A stretch of 64,000 nucleotides of DNA, from NCBI RefSeq assembly GCF_006345805.1, contig NC_042999.1, positions 9,362,001 to 9,426,000 on the forward strand. Reading direction: 5' to 3'. This document shows, piece after piece, positions 13,265 to 26,460 of the stretch. The stretch comes from Octopus sinensis. Taxonomy: Eukaryota. Position numbers and translations under genes: made by a program. Position 1 is the stretch's first letter. Every line of letters begins with the position of its first letter. The notes below the pieces were generated by a model. That model was not told the origin of the DNA. It worked only from the letters and a program-made list of their open reading frames with translations, and did not search any database.

Positions 13265-13696
13265 CGACATGTGAGAGAACACTTGAACAAACTGACTTTT
13301 GGAATTTTTTTAATAAAATGTGTAATTTATGTATATTGACGAAAACGTTGTTTTTTTGGGGGGTTTTTTCGCATGCTGTAATATCTCTATTACACAATTA
13401 AAAAAACAAACTCGTTGGAAACAGGTGTAGTGAATAAACCATAATGCATTTGTTGTTATTTGTTTATTATTTACTTTATTCGGAACCTGCTGTTAGCGTG
13501 GATCTGGAGTCTATTAAGTGCAGTACAATTGGCGAAGCGTGTGCTCCTAAAAACTGCCTTGGGACTCAATATATTCTCAGTCGGGTGCAGTTAATAGTTT
13601 TTACAACTGGAATAATTATCTGTCTATACTCCGGTATGTAGGCATTTGTTCCTGAAACACAGACACACGATTACATAAATATATATATATATATAT

Positions 13697-13858
13697 GACG
13701 GGCTTCTTTCAGTTTCCATCTACCAAATCCACTCACAAGGCTTTGGTCGGCCCGAGGCTATAGAAGACACTTGCCCAAGGTGCCACGCAGTAGGACTGAA
13801 CCCGGAACCATATGGTTGGGAAACAAGCCTCTTACCACACAGCCACGCCTGCGCCTAT
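13697..13858 (-). mobile_element. SINE family B (CORE-like), 5' half
   Basis: Reverse complement of tRNA head plus gtggcaccttgggcaagtgtcttcta (CORE-like). Confidence 0.85.
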
Positions 13859-14849
13859 ATACACACATTAAAAAAAAACTAGTTAAGTAAGTGTATGTGT
13901 ATTTTAATAAATCTTCGTATATTCTCTGTGCATTTTCATCTCCATTTATTTCTTCTATATTTCAACCGCTTGTTTGTATCGGTAACGATTTATACTTAAC
14001 AAATAGTTGTTTTGAAGCTGAATTATTATCTTCTGACTTGCTGCTACAACTCAGTTTTGCCGCCATATTTATAAGCGTTTGTAAGGTCTCGTGCCTACAT
14101 TTGTTCATTTTCCTTTTTGCATTTGTTAGTTGTCTGCTGCTGTTTGTTGTCTGTCCCTACATAGCTTAATCTTTATATGAGGGCAAGTGTTTTGATTTAC
14201 TTCGTCATTCTAGATTTATCAATTAATCCAGTTAGGTCTATTCTCGTGACAAGTTGGTGGTGTGCTTGTGACCAAACTTTTATGGTATTGTGCTATTGTT
14301 TTGGTCAATACTAACGGATGTTTAATGATGTTTGTAAATGAGATCAGATGCGAAACTTAACGAATATACTAATTTTGGTATCACTTGAGAGTGTGTGTGT
14401 GTGTGTGTAATTCAAAGGGAGCAAATTTTTGTTTTTAATTATAATTCTTTAGAATGTGTTTAGGTGTCTAGAATCTCTGTGAGAAACGATAACTGATCTC
14501 TGATAAGACGTTGATAAACGCTAAAACCTGTCAAATTCTCTTGACATAGAAAATATTCAAAGTGGCTTCTTTAGAATGAAGTTAAACAAATGAAGGAAGA
14601 CAAGCAAGTAACTTTATCTACAGCTTTTGTTTAATTTTAATTTTATGCATTGCTTCGAACATCCCGAAGACACACACACGTATAGACATTCCACAAACAC
14701 ATATATATATATTTTCTAGTACATGTGTTAGAAAAGCTGCATATAGCGAAAGCATTTTGCATAATATGAAAACTTGCTGCCAAAAGGTTTGCGTTATTTG
14801 TTTTTAAGACTTTTATATAATTGATAATTTTCAATTGAAGAAAGTCTTT

Positions 14850-14960
14850 CATGTGTGTGTGTGTGTGTGTCTGTGTGTGTGTCTGTGTTTGTGGAGAGAG
14901 AGAGAAAGAGAGGGATGGAGATAGATAGATAGATAGGTAGGTAGATAGATAGATAGATTT
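14850..14960. repeat. compound (TG)n/(GA)n/(GATA)n microsatellite
   Basis: Direct reading. Confidence 0.9.
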
Positions 14961-15440
14961 GAAGCTGGTGATTTTATAGGGCACTTCACCGATTTCTCGT
15001 TCTTTCTTTTTTCGTTCAAACAATTGCTGGTCGAAGACACAAGGGAGAAATAACTGGAAGCAAAGGAACTGGTCCTTTTTCTCATGAGAATCCTTTACGA
15101 ATATGGTATTGTATTCTGAAGACTTTTCATGGAAACGCCATTTTCACCAATTTAGCAGTTAGCTATGTGTTGGCTGTGTTCTGATGGGAAGAAAAGGTCT
15201 CTTTTTTGCTATTCACGTTAATGAATAAATGACTCGACACATTTTCTAATAAATTACTCCTTTGTCTCGCAACAAACTTCAAATATTATCATTGTCCCCT
15301 TCTATGTTTATATGATATTCTCAGAGGGTCACAGAAAATATTGTACTCTTTGAAGAAATTGCGGTTGCCACTTATTTATATAGTTCAAGAAATTCCATTA
15401 TTTTAGTAAAGCAATTATTTTACAATAATATCTGTTTCTT

Positions 15441-15696
15441 TATTACAAGGGGCTAAACATAGAGGGGACAAAGAAGGACAAAGGGATTAAGTCGATTACA
15501 TCGACCCCATTTCGTAACTGGTACTTAATTTATCGATTACATCGACCCCAGTGCGTAACTGGTGCTTAATTTATCGACCTCGAAAGGATGAAAGGCAAAG
15601 TCGACCTCGGCAGAATTTGAACTCAGAACGTAACGGCAGACGAAATACGGCAACGCATTTCGCCCGGCGTACTAACGTTTCTGCCAGCTCGCCACC
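15441..15696 (-). mobile_element. SINE family A with internal ~46-bp duplication
   Basis: gattacatcgacccca...gtaactggt.cttaatttatc present twice. Confidence 0.85.
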
Positions 15697-16294
15697 ATAT
15701 TATTTTACAATCTCTTTCAACCAGAAGCCCTACCAAATAAACAGAATTTCCTTTTTATCTTTTGGTTTTAAAAGAAAATCACCAGAAATGAATGTCTGTT
15801 CACTGTAAGTGGAACGTTGTTGCTCTTTGGTCTGTTTAAAAAGGCAGAAAGCCATTTGTCGACCTACCCTCAGTTTGTGTTTTTAATTTTATTTATTCCA
15901 GCAACAAACTCCTTTTTTCCCCTTTAGAAAACCTATGCATGTTGCTGAATAGACAGTCTGTCTTTCATTCAGCAGATAAGTACCGTACACTTGGGTTAAT
16001 CACAGGCAATTGAAAGATATCAACGTTCCAATAAATATTTCCGCTGAAAGATCCGTAAACCATGGTATACCAGAAGAATATGACAGAAATATGAAATGGA
16101 GAAAACCAAAACACTTCATTATCTCGCATTAAACTAGTTTATTTTCGTCACGCTTTGAGCACAATCTTATTAATCATAAACGACGTGTTTTCCTCTCATA
16201 ACAATTAACTTGTTTTCTACTTTCACACAAGGCCACACGTTTTTTATGGAAAGAGGACAGTTGACTGAGACTTCCCCAGTGTATATACTCTCTC

Positions 16295-16693
16295 TCTTTA
16301 CTCTTTTACCTGTTTCAGTCATTTGACGGTGGCCATGCTGGAGCACCGCCTTTTTTAGTCGAGCAAATCAACCCTATGACTTATTCTTTGTAAGCCTATC
16401 GCTTATTTTTTAAGGTCCCTTTTGCCGAACCACTAAGGTACGGGGACGAAAACACACCAGCAATGTGTGTTTACATCAAGCGATGTTGGAGGGAGGGACA
16501 AACAAGACACACAAACATATATACACACACATACATATATATACGACGGGTTCTTTCAGTTTTCATCTACCAAATCCACTCACAAGGCTTTGGACGGCCC
16601 GAGGCTATAGTAGAAGACACTTTCCCAAGACTGAACCCGGGTCTATGTGGTTCGTAAGCAAGCTACTTACCACACAGTCACTCCTACGCCTAT
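16295..16693 (-). mobile_element. SINE family B, full length
   Basis: Tail, internal (CA/TA) microsatellite, CORE-like segment and tRNA head. Confidence 0.85.
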
Positions 16694-16878
16694 CTGGTAT
16701 TTATTTTATAGATATTGAAAGGATAAATACAAAAGGAAACTGCGACAAAGCATATAGATGGACCAAATGAAAAAATTAGATATTTACGCTAAAGAAACTT
16801 GTTGGGTAAAAAGCTGGAACAATGAGAGAAGATATAAAGTAAATGTACAAAATAGAAAACGAAAAATGTTGTAGTCTG

Positions 16879-17091
16879 ACCTTATATTTCTATACTTTGG
16901 GGTTATGACCCCTTCTTCAGGACATGTGGAAAAGCGAAGGAGTGAAAAAGGTCGTTGCTTAGATGTGTGGGAGAGGAAGCTGGTATGTGCTGACTGATAT
17001 TGCTCTTGTAATCAGTGTGCTCTATGTAGTTCTATATTTTCCAATGTCTTGAAGAAGAGGTCATACCGCCAAAATACAGAAATATAAGGTA
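16879..17091. repeat. inverted repeat (~47-bp arms) with degenerate hammerhead motif in each arm
   Basis: accttatatttctatactttggggttatgaccccttcttcaggacat versus atgtcttgaagaagaggtcataccgccaaaatacagaaatataaggt. Confidence 0.75.
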
Positions 17092-17477
17092 AAAAAATTG
17101 TGACTTGGATTTGTTGACTTACTGTTTTTGTAGTTTATTTGTATTTTCTCGCATTGTTCCACCCTTACTCAACAAGTCAATTTAATGTAATATCACATAA
17201 CACTTCACCAAAACTACCAGAACTAATCAGATATTTAGTCTGCATGGTAGTTCTCTATAGACCAGCACCACTTTCTATTATAAGGAATAGTTTGGTTTAA
17301 TTTTCGTTAAGAATACGATCCTCCTATTTTAATCTGAATATGACGTTCAGGGAAACGTTTACCCCTATGATAAAAATTCGGAGCCAAATGGCAAAGTATA
17401 TTTTGGAAAAAGGAACAAATTAGACCCCGTAATAGCCAAGCATTCTACAAAGGCACATTAGGACTGTATGACTAGAA

Positions 17478-17715
17478 AAAGCGGCGAGCTGGCAGAAACG
17501 TTAGCACACCGGGCGAAATGCTTTGCGGTATTTCGTCTGCCGTTTCGCTCTGAGCTCAAATTCCGCCGAGGTCGACTTTGCCTTTCATCCTTTCGGGGTC
17601 GATAAATTAAGTATCAGTTACGCACTGGGGTCGATGTAATCGACTTAATCCGTTTGTCTGTCCTTGTTTGTCCCCTCTGTGTCTAGCCCCTTGTGGGTAG
17701 TAAAAACATAGGTAT
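17478..17715 (+). mobile_element. SINE family A, full length, tail A
   Basis: Near-consensus copy. Confidence 0.9.
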
Positions 17716-17904
17716 GACTGGAAAAAGGTTTTAAATGAAATCTTTATCAATGTCGCCGATACCGTTATTATTGCTCCCAACACAAAAATAACCCACGAGC
17801 AAAGGTGAACAGATATGTTTCGCCGAGCATAATTTATCAAAAATGCATGAGGGCCATAAATGGAGTGAATGTTTCTAACAGTGCGTAAGACAATTGGCTT
17901 CTTT

Positions 17905-18160
17905 ATCTATTACTTGTTTCAGGCTTTAGACTGCGGCCATGCTGGTGCACCGCCTGGAAGAATTTCCAGTCGAATGGATCGACAATAGTAGATTTTTTTG
18001 AGCCCCGTATTTATTCTATTGGTCAATTTTGCCGAACCGGTCAGTTACGGACACGTAAAGACGCAAAGACAGGCTGCCGAGGAGTGGTGGAGAACAGACA
18101 CACACACACACCACGTTTGTATATTTATTTATGTATGTGTGCGCATGTATATATGCGAAA

Positions 18161-18204
<44 letters not shown>

Positions 18205-18223
18205 TGTGTGTTGTGTATCTATG

Positions 18224-18259
<36 letters not shown>

Positions 18260-18275
18260 TATATATATATAAATA
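17905..18275 (-). mobile_element. SINE family B 3' half running into expanded (TA)n
   Basis: gactgcggccatgctggtgcaccgcc tail motif. Confidence 0.7.
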
Positions 18276-18968
18276 TACATACACGCACGTGCACACACTC
18301 GCATGCATCTCATCAAAACGTTGTTCATGCGAAACTGGAAATGAATTTATTGGTCCCTATACTCTGCTGCGGTTCTCTGGACTAAAACAATCGATATTTA
18401 TAAAAGTTTCCATAGTTCCTGCAGAATACTTTCGGTTGTGCATATTAAATAAGTGGATAGCGCAATCTTGGCTGGGAGGAGGAATGGGATATTTATTCAT
18501 TGGAGCAGTATTATACATATTAATGCTTTTTCGATACATGATAAGTGTCCAGTTTACGAATGTTGGCGTTAACTGTTTTGCATCACATGAATTATCAGTG
18601 AAAGAACTTATGCCTAAATAATTGTCGTTAAAACGCATTATCAATTCACTTCGTACCCTCATATTGCTTGCAGTTTCCCTCACATTAATACAAACTAAAG
18701 TCGAGTTAATGCGCCTGGGGTGATTTTAAATAGAAGATCCTTACTCTTTAGGCAACAGCAGAATACATATAACACACATACAATATGTATATATATATAT
18801 AATATCATTATATATCATTAAACTCGAGATACACAAAGACTTTACAATGTATCGGTGGACCTATTTTCTAATTTTTGTATATGTTTATTATTATTGTTTT
18901 GCAAAAGACAATGGTATTTTCTTTTTTCCCCCTCGTCAAACATAAAATTTTTTTTGTTTTCACCTTAC

Positions 18969-19010
18969 AATTCTTGAAAAGTCACATTGTGACGAAAACC
19001 GGTCTGAATT
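18969..19010 (+). ncRNA. degenerate minimal hammerhead remnant
   Basis: AATTC-TTGAAAA-GTCAC[ATT]GTGAC-GAAA-ACCGGT-C-TGAATT; stem II and palindromic stem III intact, 5' core damaged. Confidence 0.5.
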
Positions 19011-19339
19011 AATATATATATATTTTATTAATTTAAAAAAGTTTTCCCATACACCCATTTTCATTAAGATTTTCATTAAATTTAGCATTCTGCCTTTTTA
19101 TAATTTTTCCTTGCCTATATATATAATATAAATATACATATATACATGCACACACACACACACAGACACACACACACACACACATATGTATATATATATA
19201 TATTTCGTTTTTGGATTTGGTTTGAAACACCACCACCCACAACAATAGGCACAACACAAGCACTACCACCAGCAGCAGCAACGACAACAATAACCACAAC
19301 GATAATAACACTCTACACTCTGTCTTCTATAACCCTAAC

Positions 19340-21625
19340 AACAAATCTTATCACATGACGAGGATCTACCCCCACAGACTTACCCTTTAACAAAAGGGTA
19401 TCCCTCCTCAAATTGACAGTGAAACAGAAGCAAAGATCTCCTTAGCTACAAATAGACTCCGGCATAAATTAGACCGATACAAAAAATCCACTAAAAAACC
19501 ATAGGAGGGGACCCACCAACTCAGCTCATCTGTGGACAAAGACCTACGAAAACTGAAACTGAATTAGGAAGAGAGAATTAGTACGTCTCTCTACGGACAA
19601 GTCTGGCAGATTGTCAATAGACAACCCACAGAACTATGTCCAGACCATGCAACAAAACATCAGTAGCATGAGAGAAGTTACACCACAGGAACATGAAAGA
19701 GTGGAAAACTCCTCAATGCACACATGGGAATGTGGTGCAACAGACTCCAACCTACAAAAAGGACGGTACACAATTTCCTAGCATCCAACAATGTTGTTTC
19801 TACGCTATACGGATTACGCAAAGACCACAAACCCTACATAAACCCTATCGTGGGGTCCCCAACCAGACCAGTTTGCGGGACGAATATCTCCAGCAACATT
19901 AGACCGTCCTACTTCCTCTCATAGAGATGTCTCCAGATGTCTGTGTGAGCACGGAGGATCTCCTCAGTAAAATTAGTACTTGCAACTACTCCAACGACTT
20001 CACAGTTTGTGTAGTGGGTAGTATGGATGTAATTTCACTCTAACCATCTATAGACATAGATTTTGCTGTGGAGAAATGCATTCAGATAATCTGTGAGAGT
20101 GAGGTGGAGTTCCGTAAGGTCAACACCAGGGAACTGGGCCTCCTCCTCAGACTATGCTATGACAGTAACTATTTAGATGACATGACCTTAGTAAATTCTG
20201 CCCCACCAGGTCACTGAGGGAAAGACTACCCACCATCACTTCAGCAGTGAAGAAAAGCACTGCAGAACGCTGGAGTGGTTGGACTGCACCCACCCAAGAC
20301 CCTGAGAGCAACAATCAGGTGAAAGAAATGATTGCACATGTAATAGGGGCCAGTGTAAGAACCACCTTGAAGAACCGCATGGTAAAGTTTAACAAAAAAC
20401 TATACATGCAGGTTCAAGGTGCAGCCATTGGTGTCGGTGTAGCTGGAGATGTGGCATGACATGGTGGGACAGAAAACGTGAGCAAATGCTAGCAGAACAG
20501 TCAACAACTCTTCTACTCTACAGTAGATATATAGATGACATTAATATCATAGTCAGAACCAACTCCAGTTACGGTAGTGTAGAAACTGAGAGGAACATAA
20601 TGGAGAGCATCCAGCACATAGTGAACTCCATCCCCAAAGTATCCAGGTAACTATAGATTACCCCACCAAGCAGCCCCAACAATAGACTCCCCGTACTTGA
20701 TACTGAACTTTGGTTAGAGACTGTGAACAATAGAGTGAAGCTCCTCCACTCTTATTACATGAAACCCATAACTTCAAAATATGTTGTTCACAAGAACTCA
20801 GCTTTGTCACACAGCATGAAAATCAACACACTGATAGCAGACCTAGTTAGGATACTAAACAAGGTGTCCCCACTGTGTGAACCCTATGAAACAAGGAAAC
20901 ATGTACGGAACTTCATGCACCGCATGCAATTCTCTGAGTATGATCAGAAAGACAGGGTTCGAGTATACAGGGTGGGAGCTAGAAAGAAATTAGATACCAT
21001 TATATGTAATGATACCAGTGGTACCTGCCCTAAGATATAGAAACAAAGAATGGAATAGGATACAAAGAGCTTGTGACAAGGCAAACAGGGTGAACACGTG
21101 GTATAAAACTGACAAATATCAAGGAGTGATATTTGTAGAGGCCACAGCCCATGGAGAACTAGCCGGAAGATTTAGGAAAGGTCTGAAGGAGACCACACTC
21201 AACATTAAAATTGTTGAAAAGCCAGGGAACTCCATCAGATCACAACAATGTAGGATGTACCCCTTTGAGAATATCATATGCACCAATGATAACTGCATGG
21301 TATGTAGGATTAGCCCTGGCATTAACTGTAGAACTAGAAATGATGAATAGAAGATGCTTGTATAGAGATGAACATGACGTATATAGGGGAGACATCTCAG
21401 AGCATTGCAGAACGACTAAATGAACATTTAAGGATAATATGACATCAAAAAAAGTCCTCCATACTCCATCAACATGCTAAAGACGAACATGAAGGCAGCG
21501 TGAGTCAACTTGACATACGTATCTTATCCAAGCACCCAAAAGACCCAACACTCAGACAAATACGGGAGTACGTCCTCATAAATGAAACTTCCCCAATACT
21601 ACATAGGAAATATACATAGTAGATA
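19340..21625 (+). mobile_element. Penelope-like retroelement (RT plus C-terminal GIY-YIG), decayed
   Basis: DKSGRL, LYGLRKDHKP, RPVCG, LYMQVQGAAIGVGVAGDVA, LLYSRYIDDINIIV, YYMKP...KINTLIADLVRIL, Cys cluster CTNDNCMVC...NCRTRN, then TYIGETSQSIAERLNEH...LHQH...RQIREYVLINETSP; many stops and frameshifts. Confidence 0.9.
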
Positions 21626-22159
21626 TCACTCCTCCATACCCACAGTTTGCAAAGGTTGAATAGAATAGTGGGTTGTTAGGTAGATAGATAGATGTATGTA
21701 CGTATGTGTGGGTGTATGTATGTGTATAGGCACATGTATGCAAGCATAGGGCTATGGAAATAAATAGATCAACATACAGACGGATAGGTACACAGGTTAT
21801 GAACAGACAAGTACACATACGCAAATGGAGACTGAAACACATAACCATATATACACACACACTTTACTTCACACAAGGACACATATGTAGACACGTGTCC
21901 ACACATACGTAGAAATTTTACAGGTGTGTGTTAAACTATAAGTCACAAAAAGAAAATGACTCTCCGCAGACACAACAGTATCTATACATACATATACACA
22001 CACACATATATATATATATACACAGAGATATATTTACATATAGATATACTCATCCATATACATAGATACATACATATATGCATATTCATATATATATATG
22101 TAGATAGATACGTACATATACCTACATATATACATAAATATATACATATGTATTAATTA

Positions 22160-22386
22160 ATAATAAATTAACAATATATATCTCCATATATATATATACT
22201 TATACGAAAATATATATATATATATATATATATATCCATATATATATATATATACATATATCCATATATATACTTTTACAGAAATATATATATATATCCA
22301 TATATACATACATATATATACACACATATATATCCATACATATATATATATACATATATATGTGAAATACGCCCCCTCCACCCCAA

Positions 22387-22425
<39 letters not shown>

Positions 22426-22430
22426 GCACA
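22160..22430. repeat. degenerate (TA)n tract
   Basis: Direct reading. Confidence 0.9.
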
Positions 22431-23286
22431 CACACACATACATAAATACATACAACTTAAGTTAATATACCCATAGCACGCAACTTTTAGTTGCACATTT
22501 CACCCCCTTCTATGCAGTCAACGTAGTGAATGAAACAATTTTTGTTTCTACGGAGGGAATATCTTGAATAAAAAACCTTCATGAATATCATTTTTTCTGG
22601 TTGGGACTTTATTCCATAAAGTCAAGAGCTGTTCGCTCATTTTCCATTTATTCATTGTTTTGTCTCTTTTTTTAGTATTAAAAAAATTTATTTATGATAT
22701 GTAAATTATTTATGTTTTTGAAGCACCGATAAATTTATTCGGCGACTATTCGGTATTCAGACGTTTCGTAGCACAAAATAGAAACTTTGTAAGAGATACT
22801 TTGATTTACAACAAGAGAAAGATATTAACTTCGAACGAATGGATTTTTTTCTTGCAATGATTCATGTAACTTATCCTGAGCAGAGATAAAATTATGAAAA
22901 TCATTTCACTTTTTACACTCACTGCTTGGAAAATTACGAATAGTTATATCTGTGTTATTTTATCATAAAATAGTCTCTCTCCGCCTATAATTACGCACGC
23001 ACGGACACACACATATATATTACGTCTCGCTTTTATCCTTCGAAACGTAGAGTAGATGAAACCTTAGCGACTGAAGAAGGGGTTTTTCGTTGTGTTAATT
23101 GTCCTGTACTCCGTTTTTTGTTGTTTTTAAAAAAATGCCCAGTTCCTTTGGTTTGTGTCTATGTTTTCGTTTCTCATTGTGTTCGACGTCTTTTTGGTGT
23201 CCTGTACTCATATATGCGTGTATATGTACATGTAGAGGTAGGTACGTACATATATGTTTATATATATGCATATGTTTTATTTTATT

Positions 23287-23342
<56 letters not shown>

Positions 23343-23660
23343 GTGTGTGTGTGTGTCCTTAGAATTGAAAAATAAGATCTGAGATCGATTAGTTCGGCTA
23401 AAATTCCATACGAAGGAGGTGCCCCAGTATGGGCGATTTGTAAAGGCTGAAGCCAGTAAATGATAAAATATTATATATATATAAGTTGTTCGTCTCAATG
23501 CTATATATATATATATATATATATAGCTTTGAGACGAACAGCTTCTGAGCGGCGGCCGGTGAGGGTGCTATACGTGACTGTTCGTTCTTTGTCTTAGCAT
23601 GCGGTTGGTTGTGTCGACATGTTGTTGACGACGCCCAACAAACAGAAATGTTGCCGCTAG

Positions 23661-23675
23661 CATTCTCACCTACCA
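23661..23675 (-). other. putative primer-binding site (tRNA-iMet-like)
   Basis: Minus strand TGGTAGGTGAGAATG, 1 nt after the LTR-terminal CA; 12/15 to iMet PBS TGGTAGCAGAGGATG as recalled. Confidence 0.5.
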
Positions 23676-23676
23676 C

Positions 23677-24910
23677 TGTTAGACTATAATTAATGATATT
23701 ATAATTAATGATATTATAATTAATGATATCATAATTAATGATATCTTATTTAATGCAAACTAAGTTAATTACTACCAATTACATTAACCTGGGGCCCATA
23801 GAAAACTATTTAAGTCGACACTTCGACTTTGTGACATACTTCTACAGAATAGACACGTCACTTCCTAAACATATATGGAACACTGATTTTTTTGGTATTG
23901 GTTATCTTAGAAATAACCGCTCATTTCAAACTATTTAAGAAGAGAACAAACAAAATCAAACAGTGTTTAGTATATAATATCCATACATTAAGAGGCACAA
24001 TAACCCGTCAGACAAAAGATCACAGTTAATGATAAACTGCCACCACAAGCAGAGAGTTTTACTAGCCGTCAGAAAGGTGAGTGATAGACAGATTATCAAC
24101 TATAAGTGACGTCATACATGACATACTTTGCATTGAAGAATCTCTCTTAACTCTAATGCAAATGGCATCTGCGATGCCACTTGCGGCAGCTTGGTGTCTT
24201 CAGCTACCATCCCAGGCTCCGCTGGTCATCAAGCCGAGAAGGCCAAACAGTCAAAGTGTCGGCCGCTTTCTGACAGACTTGTGATCGAGCCTTGAGCAGT
24301 GGAGACTTCTGGCGTTCTCGGCCCCCGGATAACATCTCTGTTCCCCGCTGTCGGGGCGGATATGGTTACCCGCAAGTGCGAGTCACGTGAGTGAGAGTAG
24401 CTGTTTGTCGTAAAGTGGGTTCCTCCCACTGGTGTGATGTGTGTCTGCCGTTTTACTGTAGTTGCTGTTTTACACTAGTAGCCACAATAGTTACTAGTCA
24501 TTGGATACCGTTGTATCTCTTCGTACCGGAAGAGTAATATACTAATTTCTCCTGTCTGACTATTGCTGAAAGCTCCACAAGACATCGACTAGAACTGTCG
24601 ACTCTCGAATCTTCGACTCTCGATCCTCTCTTGATGACCGGCTACTGGCTTATTTGTAATGGCGTCTCCTACCACTTTTTACAGGGAGGAGTATACAGTC
24701 TCACTATGCAACACTGTTCAAGTACATCTCCCTCGCCACCCTCCGGGTCAACGCCTTCTCAATTTCGTCTGCAAGTCTTACGTACGTACAACTTTTCCAA
24801 CCGTTGCTTCAGATTACTAGACATCGCTTATATTCACTAAAGAATGTGCCTGAAACCATAGATTGAATTTAATTTATAATTACAAGCTTACACAATTAAT
24901 GGTTCTTACA
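23677..24910 (-). mobile_element. probable LTR (5' LTR of a truncated LTR retrotransposon)
   Basis: TG...CA ends with short inverted termini (TGTTAGA / TCTTACA), adjacent PBS-like motif, GC-richer core, internal 15-bp tandem (taattaatgatatta)x~4. Confidence 0.55.
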
Positions 24911-25504
24911 TAATTCACAAGTTTATACTTGATGTTTGATATTAAAAATCTACTTACAAGAAACATTCCCCATACACACACACACATACATACAACGCAT
25001 ACATGCAGACGCATATACATATATACGTGTGTGTGTTCTTTCTTAGTGATTCATCCATTACAGCCGGGTTCTGTTGATACGCAGAATTGCAGCGGTGAAA
25101 GGACAAGACAGTGTCACACTCGTTGGCCTTACATTTCAGCAGGAATCCTACAGCGAGCATTATGAAACAGGATACGCAACAAAACCGCTCAGAACAAACA
25201 TCAGTAAGAAACACTATATCTCTACCATTAGCCGCCCACATAAAATTTCATATCATATGTATGGAAGCTTTAATAGGAAGAACAGGCAAACCAAAAACCA
25301 ACACACTCAGGCAGTATGGGTAAAATACAGAATAAAAGATAAAATGACTTCACCATTCAGAAATATAAAATCTTGTGATAACAATTTTATCGGTTAAAAC
25401 AATCCTCGCTGTTTGTTACACAACGGAGCAACAACATGGCATCTCTGTCATGTCTTGAGGGTAACGTGTTCAAGATACGACTCTCTTTCTCTCTCTCTCT
25501 CTTA

Positions 25505-25935
25505 TATATATGTGTGTGTGTGTGTGTGTACACACACACACACACACACGCACACACACACACATGTAAATGTACATCTATACAAATATATATAGAAATA
25601 TACAGATATATACACATACGCATAAATATAGATACATATATACATACATTACACACATACATATATACATTACATACATATATATATACATTACATACTT
25701 ATGTACATATATATATATGCATGCATACATATGCATACATATATATACATACGTATGCATACATACATATACATACGTATGCATACAAACATATGTATAC
25801 ATACATATATACATATGTATACATGCATGTACATACAGATGCATACATACATATATACATACATATGTATACATACATGTACATACAGATGAATGCATAC
25901 ATATATACATACAGATACATATATATATATACTCA
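25505..25935. repeat. degenerate (TACA/TATA)n minisatellite
   Basis: Direct reading. Confidence 0.9.
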
Positions 25936-26199
25936 AATAAATAGTAACATACGATGTATAATTGTCAGCTAATTACAGCATTTTAATAGGAGAACATACC
26001 ATCATTATAAAAGACCGTAAGCATCAAACGAGAAGTAATTTTACAAAAGAAAAGAATGTCGCAAGAATACAGCAAAGATGTGGCTAGAGTCTGTCGAGGT
26101 CAAATATGAAATGGGCGAGAGATTATCCAACCCTACCTGGTACATACTTTTTCATGTACTTTATTCTACCTGAATGCTCATCTTACTATATATATCGCA

Positions 26200-26460
26200 G
26201 TATCGACCAGACTAAAGCTGTCATACACCGCTGTTTACAGTGCGCTTTCTATTCTGTCTTGATTGCGCTAATCTTTTTCATCGGAACCCAAATCGCTTAA
26301 CTAAATCGTCTTCCCATCGTCTTGGAGTCTTCCCAAGTGCAACTGCTCGGGTCCATCTGTCGCCTGTGAACCCTGCGACATGTCCAGCCCAGCAAAACTT
26401 GTTCTTTCGGCTATTCTGCAATCACAATGTTCACCCCGCTCCGTTCCCGATTATCAGATT
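26200..26460 (-). pseudogene. RTE-clade LINE ORF C-terminal fragment
   Basis: KFCWAGHVAGFTGDRWTRAV...KTPRRWEDDLVKRFG.R*KRLAQSR matches the W.WAGHVAR...RW.DD...AQDR pattern. Confidence 0.7.

Noticed and set aside
21270-21450. Selenocysteine TGA codons in the Penelope-like element
   Set aside because: Cys positions use TGT/TGC, other stops look like decay, and no SECIS was identified
22757-22785. Hammerhead 3' half on the minus strand (GCTAC-GAAACGTC-TGAA); similar at 10604-10628
   Set aside because: No 5' core or stem II partner
23035-23085. Permuted (type II) hammerhead: ccttcGAAACGTA...CTGAAGAaggg
   Set aside because: Stem I cannot be paired; more likely two truncated halves
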